Under the pieces are notes generated by a model. That model had not been told where the DNA came from. It searched no databases and worked only from the letters and a program-made list of their open reading frames with translations. A stretch of DNA of 59,274 bases, from assembly GCA_051941275.1 (NCBI GenBank), contig JAVEBF010000011.1:1-59274 (forward strand). Reading direction: 5' to 3'. This document shows positions 23,901 through 35,899 of this stretch, piece after piece. The stretch's first letter is position 1, and each line of letters starts with the position of its first letter. The position numbers and the translations under genes were made by a program. The DNA comes from Dirinaria sp. TL-2023a (Eukaryota).

Positions 23901-25745
23901 TACAATGACGCCCTACGGAGATTCTGTCGCCATGGACACGGATGCACCGCCCATGAAGCTTGTCACGCATGGCCGTTGGTTCCCCAACTTCAAAGATAGA
24001 GAGCAGGAGCTGACCAAACGTTTTTAGAGCTCATGTTCACCAAACTCAATGTCATCGACAAGTTTGGTCAAGCGATTTCGGCCATCAGCCCTGCGCCCTT
24101 GCCTTACGGCGCTCTGGTCCCGACCATCAGTCCATGCCTCTCCGATACCTACTTCCCCGGCACCATCGGAAATGTGGACCCTGCTTCGGCTACTGCTCGA
24201 GCAAATTGCATCATCTCTCAAGGCAACAACAAGTCTTGCCCATTCATCAATCTTCCTCCAGGCATCAATCAGCCAGCTAGGCTGAATGCCAAATTTGTCT
24301 CCAACGTCAACGGAAGCTGGACAACGACCAGTGAGTGGGAGGTGAGCCATCGTTTGTCAGTTAATGGTCCGGGAATGACACTGACGACCATTAGAATCCA
24401 ATCTGGGGTTGGCTCGTTGTAAATTTTGCCGGTAAGAGTTAATTCCACATTGTGTCTGCAACGCTAAAGGTCCCCTTCCTCCACAGAACAAGGTCTTCAA
24501 GTCTTCCTTGCGGACGGCACTTTCTACCGCGAGGTGCGTTTCGGCGGCAGCGCGGGAATCCAGACCACGGCGAGATGGCTTCCTTATGATCCTCCAAAAA
24601 ATCTGCCCAACACCTCGCAGCTAGACTTCCTAATCCAACAATTGAGTGGTCTGCCATACCTTAGCGCCTTCGTAGACATGATCCTGCAGAGCACCGCGAG
24701 TAATCAAACGGCCGCTCCAGACTCATATGCGACTTTCTCCTCGGCCATCATCGGCAAACCCCTGGCGCTCGTAAATATTGGCTACTCCCTCGAACTGGCT
24801 GGCCCCGAGAACAAGAACTGGAGTACTGTCAACTCTCAAGGCCCTGACCTGCACCTGCTCCAGCCAGATGAGACTCCCTTTCCCCCAGGAGCATCAGGCG
24901 GCTACAGCTTTCCCGTCAAGCTTGGCGATGCCGACCGCACCTTTGATGGCCTTATAGGCTACTTTAACAGCGCTCTGGCAACCCAAGGCGGCGCAGCATC
25001 CGCGCCTACCCCCGCAGGACAATCCGATCTCAACCTCTCCTCGATCTACACTTACTATCCCTCAACCAATATCCCTGCCCCAGCCGGCGATCCTCGTGTA
25101 CTGATCTCCTCCACTGCGCAGAATTTCCCGCTTTTCACACCTTACTACCTCCCTGCCGGCAAAGCAGGCGATCCTATCCAAGACCAAGCGAAAAACATGC
25201 AAGTCTTTGGCGCAATCATGGACCCCTTTCTCCCCATTCATGCCTACAGCGCCATTCTACCCAACAAAGCCCTGAAACTCCCGGCATATACCGTTCAAGA
25301 AGCTCTCAAGAACATCAACGCGTTCTGGCGCATCGGTCCCCTGCTCGTCGCCGCCGATGTCCCTGCGGCTTATGATCCCGCTCGCGCGATGGATAGCAAC
25401 TCCGTAGGCGTCGTCGCCAGCAGCAGCAGCAGCACCCAGACAGCAGATCCAACAGCAACGAAACCGAAAATCGCGCTTCCCCTCCCTCCTCCCGCCGCCG
25501 CCGCCGACGGCGCAGATGCCATCTATCGCTACCTGCAGCCGTACGTGGTACCCACCATCGATCCGACAACGGGCGCGAACCTGGGGGACAGAACTGAGTA
25601 TAATGTCTTTGGTATCTCAGGGGATGCTGCGGCAAAAGGGGACGCGGTGCAGGCGAGGCTGGCTGATGGGCCGTATACGGCCGTGGAGGGGTATGCGCAG
25701 ATTGTGAGGAGGACTGCTACTGCTGCTGCTGCTATATCTTCGTAA
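20949..25745 (+). CDS. Cluster gene C: uncharacterised ~1,400-aa protein
   Basis: About 9 exons joined by GT..AG introns keep one frame (PNRW|LVIR, PLD|ALIAY, HG|QLMFTKLNVIDKFGQ, EWE|NPIWGWLVVNFA|EQGLQVF). Motifs LVPLKLNAF, GVYIHWTLP, WVIESD, FADYQPHNSNVFSFVD, YQVIGW, PWMPLFIEYE, GKPLALV, FPVKLGD..DGLIGYF, MDPFLPIHAYSAILP, FWRIGPLL. Confidence 0.85.
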
Positions 25746-26368
25746 AGGGGGGAAAAGAGAGTGGTTTCGTTTCATAAGACAAAGTGGTTATGGAAATATT
25801 GACAGAGAAAAGCAAGGGGTTATCTTAAGTACTTTCCGCTGCCTCTGCTCGTATGAATATTTATACCGTTCCCCTATAATCAGGAAAATGAATTCTTATC
25901 ATCCGCTTACACTTACTACTAGATCCTGAACTTCAAGCTATAAAGAGACGTGCAACAAATTTAGCATTCTGTTTCTGAAGGGTCCAAGGGGGTCATTCTG
26001 AACTATTACTAATAGTCAACCACTTATCAACGCCCTAAATTTCACCACATGGTTCGATAGAATATCGAGTATAAGCCATTGAAATACTCCATTCTAAAAA
26101 GACAGGGCAAAATAGAAATCGATGAGCAGTTCGAATACCTCTCATAGAATAATATACGCATTTCTCATTTGCATATTGTTGTTACTTTACGAAAGCAACG
26201 TTTTACAAGATCTGAGTCCAGTGGTAACCTTCGGAGAAATCAGGCGATCATTAGGAAAGAAATAGATGGGCCATCTTATAAGCTGCGAGGTTGGAAACGC
26301 TTGCGAGAGTTCTACTGGATAAATTTGCTTCCTACCTGACCTCGTTGTCAAGTGATTTGTTGCTCCTA

Positions 26369-27554
26369 CTACAACCTCGCTACGTCAACGCTAGTCGCCG
26401 CCGCCAACTCAATACTGAGTGCTACATCCTTTCTTAGTAATCTTGTCTATAAGCAGCGGCAGCAAGGCAACTGGACCTACCACCCAATTCAAAAGTTCCG
26501 GGCTTTCCCCGAGCTGAACACATGCCGGCAACAATCTGCGCAGCAGACCATATGTCATACCATGATGCTCGTACATTAGGACCAGAAGTTGTGATCGCCA
26601 AGAAGCATTTTTGGTCGTCTGTGTTGTGCGATGTGGCTGTTAGGCTCGAAATGTATCGGTCGACCGGTTTGGTTTCCCACTCACCAGAGTCCACGACGTA
26701 CGGAAGCTCCACGTCGACGTGATCTTTCCCGAATTCTCGTGGCGTTCGATCAACCTCCATCGTATCCAATATGGTCCGGCATGAATCCACAAACGAGGAT
26801 GGGAGCCTTGTTCGACCGTGGCATTGCGCGAGCTGCCCTCCTCGTCTCACGAGCACAGCTACGCCGCCGTCGCCTATTGGTCATTCGAATCAGTCATGCA
26901 GCTTGAGACGACTGCTTCCGCCACCACGTGCACATGGTTCAGACTTACCCAGTCCCTTTGCTATCCCACCGAAGCTCGGGATCTTCCTGTATATGCAATT
27001 CTGCACCACCGCTCTGGCGCCTATGGTAACCTCTTTCTCACTAGCCTCTGCTGACACGCGGCTCGGGTCCACGACAACTTCAATCACGCAGTTGCCATCC
27101 GCTGACAACGTGGTCAGTGCGTCGCCACTAGCTTGCTGGTTGAGGAGCATATACGGCTAACCCATCTTTGGGGCAGGTCAAAATCATACACCATTTCCCT
27201 ACCTCTGGGTCCCCAGGTCTTCAGGATACTGTCGTGTTCGTTCAGGGCCCAGAGCGCTTGTCCACAACCAATAGCACTCAGACCGCTTCCTAAATCTGGT
27301 ATACACCGATAGTTTACGTCCATCAATGTGCCGGTCGAAGATAATGTGCTATTGGTATTACGAGATGGGACTGACATCGTTCGAGCTGTACTGTTATTCC
27401 AAAAATCTTTCAGCTGCGATTTTGAGACGTTCGCTGCCAAAACTTGGGATACAGCAGCTGTCGTTGCATGGGCGAAGGCTGCATTCAAAAATACCACACC
27501 AGTACAAAGAAATAGACAACCAAGTCGAATCAAGGCAAAATTCGATCTATCCAT
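26369..27554 (-). CDS. Secreted Cys-rich protein with two tandem homologous domains (effector-like)
   Basis: Signal peptide MDRSNFALIRLGCLFLCTGVVFLNAAFA. Five exons via GT..AG introns (WVS|PDGNCVI, KGL|GDGGVAV, VDS|DDQKC, ELG|ALSIEL); stop at 26369. The pattern C-x(9-10)-C...LP..(D)..C...A..V...C...G occurs twice. Confidence 0.75.
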
Positions 27555-29865
27555 CTTCTAGATTCAAATCTCGCTATGCCCATAAGATTTCAGTGCGCAA
27601 TGTATTAGATTAGCTCAAGAGATATGCCTGTCGAGTAGGAACTTACAATGACCACGGCGGACTTTTGCCGTGAAATTGGGGATTTCATTCATCCATCATT
27701 TTCCAGGTTTTGAAACATAGATCGTGTTCTAGTGGGTGCACAGATCCAGGACAAGCGAGCGCATATCGGTAGTGTTTTTGAGCATTTGTAGCACAAAGGT
27801 CCAAGCGCAAGGCAAACTTCGCAAGTTTACCTGGAAAATAAGTCCGACTCCCGAAAGACAAGCAGCCATCGCGAGCCTGACCATCATTCCAAAGACTGGA
27901 GAAGCTTCTGCCATTGCTCACGACTACCGATTTGGACACTTCTCAAGTGCTTTGCTCCCCCGTTGCTTAATCGACATCACCTGATGGGGAACTTTAAGAT
28001 TTCAGCCAATTCAATCGCGCTGTCGATCGTCGAGCGTAAATCGTGTCTGAGTAGCGATGACGTTATTCTCTTGTCTCTGCGAGTTCAGACGTTCGATCAT
28101 AACTTGATTCTGGTATTGGAGCTCCGTCAACTGATCATGTTCGTTCAAATCGTTCTTCCATCTCGTGATACCTTCTCTGCAGTCGTGCGCAAGGACGCTG
28201 TTGATCCTCGACCTTTGAGGCTTTTTCAGATCTGGCAGTCAAACGCCAGCAAATCTTGTAACATGGCCAACGCGGATTATTATTCCTGCGCACAGAGCGG
28301 ATTGAAGAAGTATTGATCCAGAGAAGGGCAACTGCTTCCGTTGAGTGCCGCACATAGATTTGGCATCTGAATAAGATTTTTTAGCTGTTTTTTGAAGACC
28401 TTCAACATTCCGAGATGTTATTTGTTTCGACGAAGGAGTCAAGATTCGGACATCTCCACTTCCCCTGACTTTTGAGAGTGCAAAGCGACGAAAATAGCCT
28501 TGCCGTACTGCTCGAGCTCTAAGATCGAATAACCTCAATAGGGACAGATATTTGTCAATTTTGATTCTGGAGCCAACGCGGGTACTTGCAACTGACTTGG
28601 TACACATTCGTGATCGGCCTCGCAAGTTTAGTATCAAAAGGGTTGCGGGACGATAGTGTTCAACGTCCTTCACCTAGCATGGTATCGAATTCCTTCATCT
28701 GAGCCTCCATGTAGAGTGCGAATGAGTGGTTTTACCCGGTGCTCTGCAAGTGTTGGTAGAGCTGGGCATGGTTGATACATTGTCCATGCGATGATAATAT
28801 TCAGGTCGGTACTAGATCTTTTAAGTACGCGGGTCAATCCTGTCGAGACTAGATATTTCTTCCAGCGGAAATCAGCTGTGGTATTTACCAATCATAGAGA
28901 CGATTGACATCTGGACTGGCATGAGCAGCATCTGCCTAAACGATTAGGCCAGAAAGATTATTTCTGCATGCGACCATTAGCCAATGAATGCTTCTTGTAA
29001 GGTCATTTGAAGAGCGGTGACGCTCGATCTCTCCCAGCAGCGCTCAACGAGCCTAATAGACGGATCTGGGCTACCTCTGCGTAGACGCAATCCGTTGTGC
29101 GCTTTCGAAGAAAATGATAAGCTGAAAGTCTCTCGTACTATAAATTCTTGTTATAAATAAACCTTGCTAGCAGTCTATCTGATGCCTGACTACGAAAAGA
29201 GTATCAAATCACTCTTTCCCCGGAAGGAAAAAAAGGGAATGAAAACAGAGGAAGAAGCTACAGTTATGGTAATGTGTGATAGGTAATTATGTACGCATCA
29301 AACCGGCGTCGGACATGAGTGGTTTGAAGTATGGGGGGAAAAAACCAAAAAAAGAACCAGAGAAAGAACAAGAAGAAAGAAGATACACTAATATTTGAGG
29401 TCAATCTCACAGTACCTATCGATACCTTAGATTGGTAGTCACTCGGCTGGGACTGATCTTCGACTCTCTCAGTTCGCTGAAGCGATATCAAATAGCAAAT
29501 ATCTTACTACACTCGAGTAACCTCGGTCCATGTGTCACCTCGCGGGTAATTTTCCACTGAGTGCGACAGAAGATCCCGAGAGTCACAACCCGAGGCTATT
29601 TTAGGTTCAAATCTTTCAAGTTGAAGATCGACGCTGATCAGACAATACCGTGTTCCTGAAGATGGCCCCCACGGTCGCGTAATCCTGTGATAGAAATAAG
29701 TGGCCAGGAACATAGAATGTTGTGTTGCGAACCTATGATCAGCGGCTATCAAGGATCAGCGTAAATTAAATCCCGCGTTTCGGCAAGGCCAGTCTCTATT
29801 TAATCAATCTTCCGACATCGGTCGCCGTGACTCTCCTTAAAGGATGTATAGCTATAGCAGTAGCA

Positions 29866-30384
29866 ATGTTGTACATAATCACAATTTGCATTCTCCTTGC
29901 CTGTCATGGCAACGCCATCGCCGCGAAACCTACGAAGCTAACTCCTCGTGGCGCCTCTCGCAATGGGACCCTGCTACGCCTGCCTACCCATCCAGACATC
30001 CCTGAATGTCACTCGGTTAGCAGCCTGTCAACCACCAAGGGCTTTGACCGATATAGTTGCCACGTTGCTGCCCAGCAGGCGTGTTATAAGCTGACAAGTC
30101 CGTTCTACTTCCGCTGGCATGCTCGGGACAAGTGGATATGGATGGCTGAACCCCCAGGCTGTGCTGTGGGATATTATCTTCCAGCAAAAGCGCCGCTTCC
30201 GGATCTTAGACGGTGCGAAGTGTCTTTCATCGAGATAATCGAAAGTTGTGTGGTCGACTTGCATGCCAATGTCGGGTCAATCAATGTTGCTTCGCTGCCA
30301 AGCTCTACACAGCATGGGAAACCGATGACTGCTGGTCACGAGATGTACCTCGTAGCGCCGCAGGTATTGACATCGAAGGACTAG
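29866..30384 (+). CDS. Small secreted Cys-rich protein (~172 aa, 6 Cys in mature part)
   Basis: ATG at 29866 gives signal peptide MLYIITICILLACHGNAIA. Intronless ORF with YSCHVAAQQAC, GCAVG, RRC..F..I..SCV. Confidence 0.8.
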   Translation: MLYIITICILLACHGNAIAAKPTKLTPRGASRNGTLLRLPTHPDIPECHSVSSLSTTKGFDRYSCHVAAQQACYKLTSPFYFRWHARDKWIWMAEPPGCAVGYYLPAKAPLPDLRRCEVSFIEIIESCVVDLHANVGSINVASLPSSTQHGKPMTAGHEMYLVAPQVLTSKD

Positions 30385-32834
30385 GGTAGGGAAGCGCACC
30401 CTAGCAGTCAGCTGATTCCAAAGCTTCGGTTACCCATATCACACCATGCCGTTACCAATGGAGTCGGCGCGTTCTGGTAACTTACTTCCACTTGATTTTT
30501 GGAAAGATCTCTCACGATCAAGCCCCAGGCTGTTCGTTAGTCGTGTGTTCCGGCCGAATGATGAGGGTTAATTGGTCAATTCCGCACCGATTCCTCGAGA
30601 TGCATCAAGATTTCGGGTTCCAGCGCAGCATCATAAAACAGAATAGCATTTTCTGCCTTCGCTAGCATTCGATGGTGGACAATGTCTTGAATGTAAATAG
30701 CAGAGCACGTAGCTCATGCAATAAAACATGTACTAAAGACAGAAAATGTTCGAGCGGAAGATTTCAGCGACATCTTGTGGTCCATTGGTCGGCTCGCGCC
30801 TAGTGGTATTAGATCATGACGTTTTCAAGCTTAGAAAACATTAGCATTTTAAGGCAGTGATTGCACTGCTAGTGATGTCAGGCTTAGGAGAACATGACGG
30901 TCTCGACTCGAATTCGATGAAGTCGATAAAAGCTCCTTAATCAGCAAGTTTGGGTCCTTCTTCTGTAGCTCTTTCTCCGGCAAGTGTAGATATCGAGCAC
31001 GGTCGCATGGACCTCGAATCAGGTCTTGCGCCACAGCTTTTAGTTTGTGCGATTGATCATCCAAAACAATGTGCCACATTCAAGACATCGATAGATCTTT
31101 CGCAGCTGATAATGTTCAATGGGAATTTGAGGCTGAAAATAGCGTAGCGGTCAATTGAATAACCAGAATGACTAAATCTAATCGAATTGGTAGCTGAATC
31201 TTTGGGGGGGGGAATGTTATTACTCCTCTAGGCCAAGTCTTGGGTCAGATCTGTGGCTAAATCAACTTCTAATCAGACCTATCTCCAGACGTGTAGATCC
31301 GGAGCTAAGCGGTGACAATTTGACGATTATACGACAATCGTCGAAAAACAGAGTGGTTGGAGAAACCTTTCTCCGTTGCTATCTGATGATTATGTGTGTG
31401 TGTTGTGGAAAACAGAGAAAAGCAAAAGAGCAAATGCCGAGTCAAAGTTTGCTGACTAATGTTGCTGACTAATATTCGTTTACTCGGCAATTGGGGTTTT
31501 TTGCGACTGAGCAAGTACCAAGCTGTCGGATTCATCTTCTGAACAACGGCATCAATCGAAGAACTATATCATATACTGTATTTGACTATTCTGAGCGCAA
31601 AATGAGCCGTACCTCCACATGTTACTGAAAGCTAAGCATACTCCTGGATTAAATAGGGTTTATGATCAATGAATCCTAACCCCAGCAACCTAGATCACGA
31701 AAGGTGGCTTTCTTTTAGACATGACTCATGATCTTTTTTTGACTGAGATAAGTTCATAGTTGTGGATTTAACCAACAGGTACAAAGGTTGAATCTGGGGT
31801 GGGTCCCAACATTGCGTGTGCGGCTCGATCCTGCCGTCTTTCGATTCGTGCCGCAGATAGTTATTTCGACTATTTTTCTCATCTCGTTCTTTATTCTTGA
31901 TAAGAGAAACGTCTATGTCGTTGATCTACTATTCTGAGATTGAATATTTGCAAATATATTATTTCTTTCAGCAGAACATTGCAGTCACGTTACAACAGTG
32001 CTGAGACGATGCGATTTAGTCTCAGCACAATGCTATCTTGGTCCACAGCCAATTCTTACTTGACAAAGCACTATTCACCCTTCTTCACGATGAGCATCGA
32101 AGTTGACGATTTGAGTGTTTGGTCTCTAATCAGACATAATATCAAGCTTTGAAGCACAGCAGATACATGAGGCGCAGAAAAATTGCAATGCATGCGATGG
32201 ATACTGTGTATGATCAAAGTATTTCTGTTTGATAAATTTTTTCTCATACTTTTTTCTCTGAAGGGATGATCCAGTGTCTCAGTCATTGCTAAAATAGTAT
32301 TAACGGAGATGCATTTAACGGAAATGCTTCACGAAGCAGTCTTCTAAGCTCAATCGCATCGGCGATGAGAATGACGACCAGGGTCTCATTCATGATTTAG
32401 GACTGACACCCCTGTCATAATCTCAGATAGATTTCCTATCTTCCGTCAATGAGAGAGAAAAATGAACATATTAATAGAGTATATAATATTCTTACTCTTT
32501 GCTGCAAGGACGAAACATTCCAAAGCATCCTAATCGAGTCCAGAATTCGATTCCATGGTTCCTGATACTACAAAGAGCAAAGTGTCCAAGGGCAGCGACG
32601 ATATTAGGAAGCTTTTGGGGACTCTGAATTTTTATTGGTAGATCAATAGGGTACCTTGCGCATGAGACACTCAGCGACTGTTCAAGGGTTTCCTGTCGCA
32701 GCAATCACGAGATCGGCTACTGCCAGTCACTGTCTGGGTATGATTTCCTTTCTCAATAATGAAAATCGAGCCTCCGCTAGCAAATCAGACAACACCCTTA
32801 CTTAGTTTCAGAGTATCTAGGAACCACCCGCTAC

Positions 32835-33518
32835 TCAAGGAGGGTCAACGTTTCCAGCTTCGCCAAATCCACCAGCAGGAGTCGCCGGCTGCGCACCATG
32901 GCTTCCACCGGGTGCCACGCCACCACCGCCGTTACCGCCAGACCCGTGAGTCGTAACGCCAAAGTTATTCCCGCCAGCGCATCCAGTACCCCATTTACCC
33001 ACGCAGTTACCACTCGCCATCTCATAGGACGGCTGATTGACATCCACAGGGCTCCCACACCCACCACTCGGATCGCTGGGGTTTCCTGGATCGACGTTCT
33101 GCCATCCGCGCATGGTCGGAAGGTTATCATCAGGATTTGGTCTCTCCCCCGGGCTCACACAATTGTCGTTGATGGCTTGCAGCGCATTGGCGCAATCCGC
33201 AAAGAGGAGGCTGGCAGCGTTGTTCCTGCTCACAGCGATCGTGCAGGTGCCGCTGCTGGCTTGACGGTAATTAAGGTTCTGGCGGTCACTGGCGACAAGG
33301 TCACAAACTTGCTGCGTCGCGAGGTAGCAGCTGTAGGCGGAGGTCTTAGATTGACAGGACGTGATCCAAGTCAAGGGCGCCTCGCAGGAGAAGTCTGTGG
33401 CGGACGCATCGTTCGTTTCACGGCGGGAGAGATCCGTCAGACGTCTGGCTTCAGGAGCGGCCAGAGTGCCTGTACTGGCTAGGAAGGCAAGGGTTGCGAA
33501 CTGAGCAGCGAACTTCAT
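32835..33518 (-). CDS. Small secreted Cys-rich protein (227 aa) with dibasic pro-peptide and Gly/Pro-rich tail
   Basis: Signal peptide MKFAAQFATLAFLASTGTLA, RR sites (ARR, SRR), YSCYLATQQVC, GTCTIAV, ADCANALQAINDNCV. TATA-like TATATA at ~33651. Confidence 0.85.
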   Translation of the reverse strand: MKFAAQFATLAFLASTGTLAAPEARRLTDLSRRETNDASATDFSCEAPLTWITSCQSKTSAYSCYLATQQVCDLVASDRQNLNYRQASSGTCTIAVSRNNAASLLFADCANALQAINDNCVSPGERPNPDDNLPTMRGWQNVDPGNPSDPSGGCGSPVDVNQPSYEMASGNCVGKWGTGCAGGNNFGVTTHGSGGNGGGGVAPGGSHGAQPATPAGGFGEAGNVDPP

Positions 33519-34849
33519 ATTGGTGTCAACAGTATATGCTTGATATTTCTATTGAGTTTGAGTGTAGTGATATCGACTATGGGTTATTCGAAATTGTGAA
33601 ATACTCGAAGTCTTGAGAATGAAGAAAGAGATGGCCACGGCAGGAGATCTTATATACTGTACCATATGACACGTCGGCAAGCATCGTCCAAATCATTTCC
33701 CCGAATAACGCTTCTTAGGTATGACGATCAACTCGATGCTGTACCGAGACAACATGAAAGCTGAAAATATACCAAGGTGTAGAAGTTATCTCGGTCTTAG
33801 ATATCTTTACCACATTAGAAACGCGATCTACGCGAACGAATCATATCGAGATCTTCAGAACAGCGACCTTGTTTCAGATCGCCACCATCGAACTCGGAGA
33901 AGCTTGAATTAGCGACGGGGCAATGATGCATCGGCAATTTTAAGCAATGAGACGTTATGTCTCAGATTCTACGAAAACTTAGAACTACCTTACTAGCTTG
34001 ACTGTGGTTTAGCGCTACCTCATACAACGATTTTAAGTCAAAGATTTTTTTCGTGCAGTGACGAAAGCAGCATTTCAGGTACAATTCGAATATGAGCTTT
34101 ATGCCTCCCCATATTCGATTCACAGACACGTCTCATAGTCCTGATTGACATGACTTAAGTTTTCTAAATAATCGCGTTTCGATGACTCGCATCAGTGTAT
34201 TTCTACTTTAAGGTAAGCTCGTCTCGATCTTAAAGACCGATTCGATCCGGAGCCGTGGTAAACGAGCTGCGGCAATCACACCGCGAACGGAGAAACTCTC
34301 GAAATAAACATCTGTCACTTCATCAAAGACTCCAAAAAAATCATGAGACAAGACAGAATTCAGAGACGACTCAGAATTTAATATTAGATCAGCTTCATTA
34401 AGCGTCATGGGGTTGAAAAAACTCGATATTGCCTTTTAAGTTGTCGACATCCTAATCATAGATCAAACTTTCTATTATAACGATCACTATCGCTCGATTG
34501 CAGAAAGAATGACTGAGACCCTTTTGTGCTAATCCTCTCAAAATACGTAAAATGTACGTATTTAGCCATGCGAGGTCTCCAAGATAAAAATAAAAAAATT
34601 GAAAATACTCAGGCATTTTTCTATTTGACTAAGATCTTCTAGCCCAAGGGGTTGATGTAGACTGGGGTGACACCCCAATGTAGGAATGGCAATAGAACTG
34701 TACTACATCTACACCCCCCAGATACACAAAGCAGCTATCAGTGCTTGTAGTCACCCAAGACCCAAGGAAGAGAGTTTGAAATATTAAAACTGCATTCGCC
34801 GTCGAACACACGAACCCAAATTTCACAGAACTTTGATCGGAAAACCAAC

Positions 34850-35899
34850 TCAGTCGAGCAGCCACCTCTTATCTCCGCCTGTCTTCCCACAACCCTCGGA
34901 TTCGCAACACGGTTTCGCGATCGCAACTCCCACTTCCACCGATTTGCTGATGATTTCCAACTCCGGGAGGACAGCGAGAGCTTCCTCGATGGTGTCGAGC
35001 ACGCTAAGGCAGCTGAACGCTTCGCCAGGCCAGGTAAATGTGACATCGATATTCTATTCACAAGTTCAGTATCCAGGGCCGATGAAGGTGACTCACTCGT
35101 GTGGCGAATGGAGGAGGTCTCAAAAAAGAAAAAGAGGGCTACTGACCATGTATACACTTGAATCCGGCAACTCGATGTAAACATTGTCAGGTCCACTGCA
35201 GATATTCATCGTCCCATGCGTGCAATCCGCATTTGGCACGTTCGGCCCGTCTGGCAAGAGCGGGCTCCTCGCCATCATCTTCGCGTTCTGACAACCGCTC
35301 TTGTACCGCGTGGCTTTGCAGTTGGCCGATCCCGAGGCGGCGGTTTTCATCGTGTTCGCGAATATGCCAACCATACCGTCGCGTTCATCGTTGCTGTTAT
35401 AGTTGCTGTCCCGCACATTGAAAGTGAGGCTTCCTCCACCTAGGTTCCCTTGTTCGTCGATATGCGCAATGTCATCGATTATTGCGTTGTCGCCAGTACA
35501 ACTGCCGGGCTTGCCATTCGCTACGTCTGGGCACAGAGGCGTGACGGCCGACTTGATTTTCTTGACGAAATCGATCCCCGTGAGATCGCCGACTGATTGT
35601 GGAGTGTTACCTACGTGGACTGTGACGGTGCCAGTAGAGGATGGGGCTGGGACGGTGGATGACGGGCGAGCGTTGGAGCGCGTCGAGGTAGAGGCTGGGA
35701 TAATGGGTGACTGGTGAGGGATGGTGGATGACGGGTGCAGGAGGGAGCGCGTTGAGTTAGAGGCTACGCTGGCAGCGTGCTGAGAGAAGATACGGCCTTC
35801 AATGGATGAGAGGCCGAAGTCTTGAGGAGCGGCAGAAGCGAGCGGAGAGAGGAAGGTGAAAGACAATGTTGCTAGAGCGAAATAAATTGGTGTAAACAT
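34850..35899 (-). CDS. Secreted Cys-rich protein (~320 aa), unknown family
   Basis: Signal peptide MFTPIYFALATLSFTFLSPLASA, S/T/P-rich spacer and Cys-rich domain. One intron (VYM|GTCAGT...AATAG|NIDVTFTW) leads to a last exon ending KPCCESEGCGKTGGDKRWLLD*. Confidence 0.75.

Noticed and set aside
27600..29800. Short ORFs of 60-144 aa on both strands
   Set aside because: No signal peptides, motifs or consistent splice pattern; treated as intergenic.
30780..31160. Possible pseudogene fragment on the minus strand (ORF 30849..31079)
   Set aside because: Protein-like composition but bounded by stops with no identifiable family; not supportable without a search.
31998..32028. Hairpin GTGCTGAGAC-N11-GTCTCAGCAC
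   Set aside because: A single 10-bp stem inside degenerate DNA with no supporting context; could be chance or a TE remnant.
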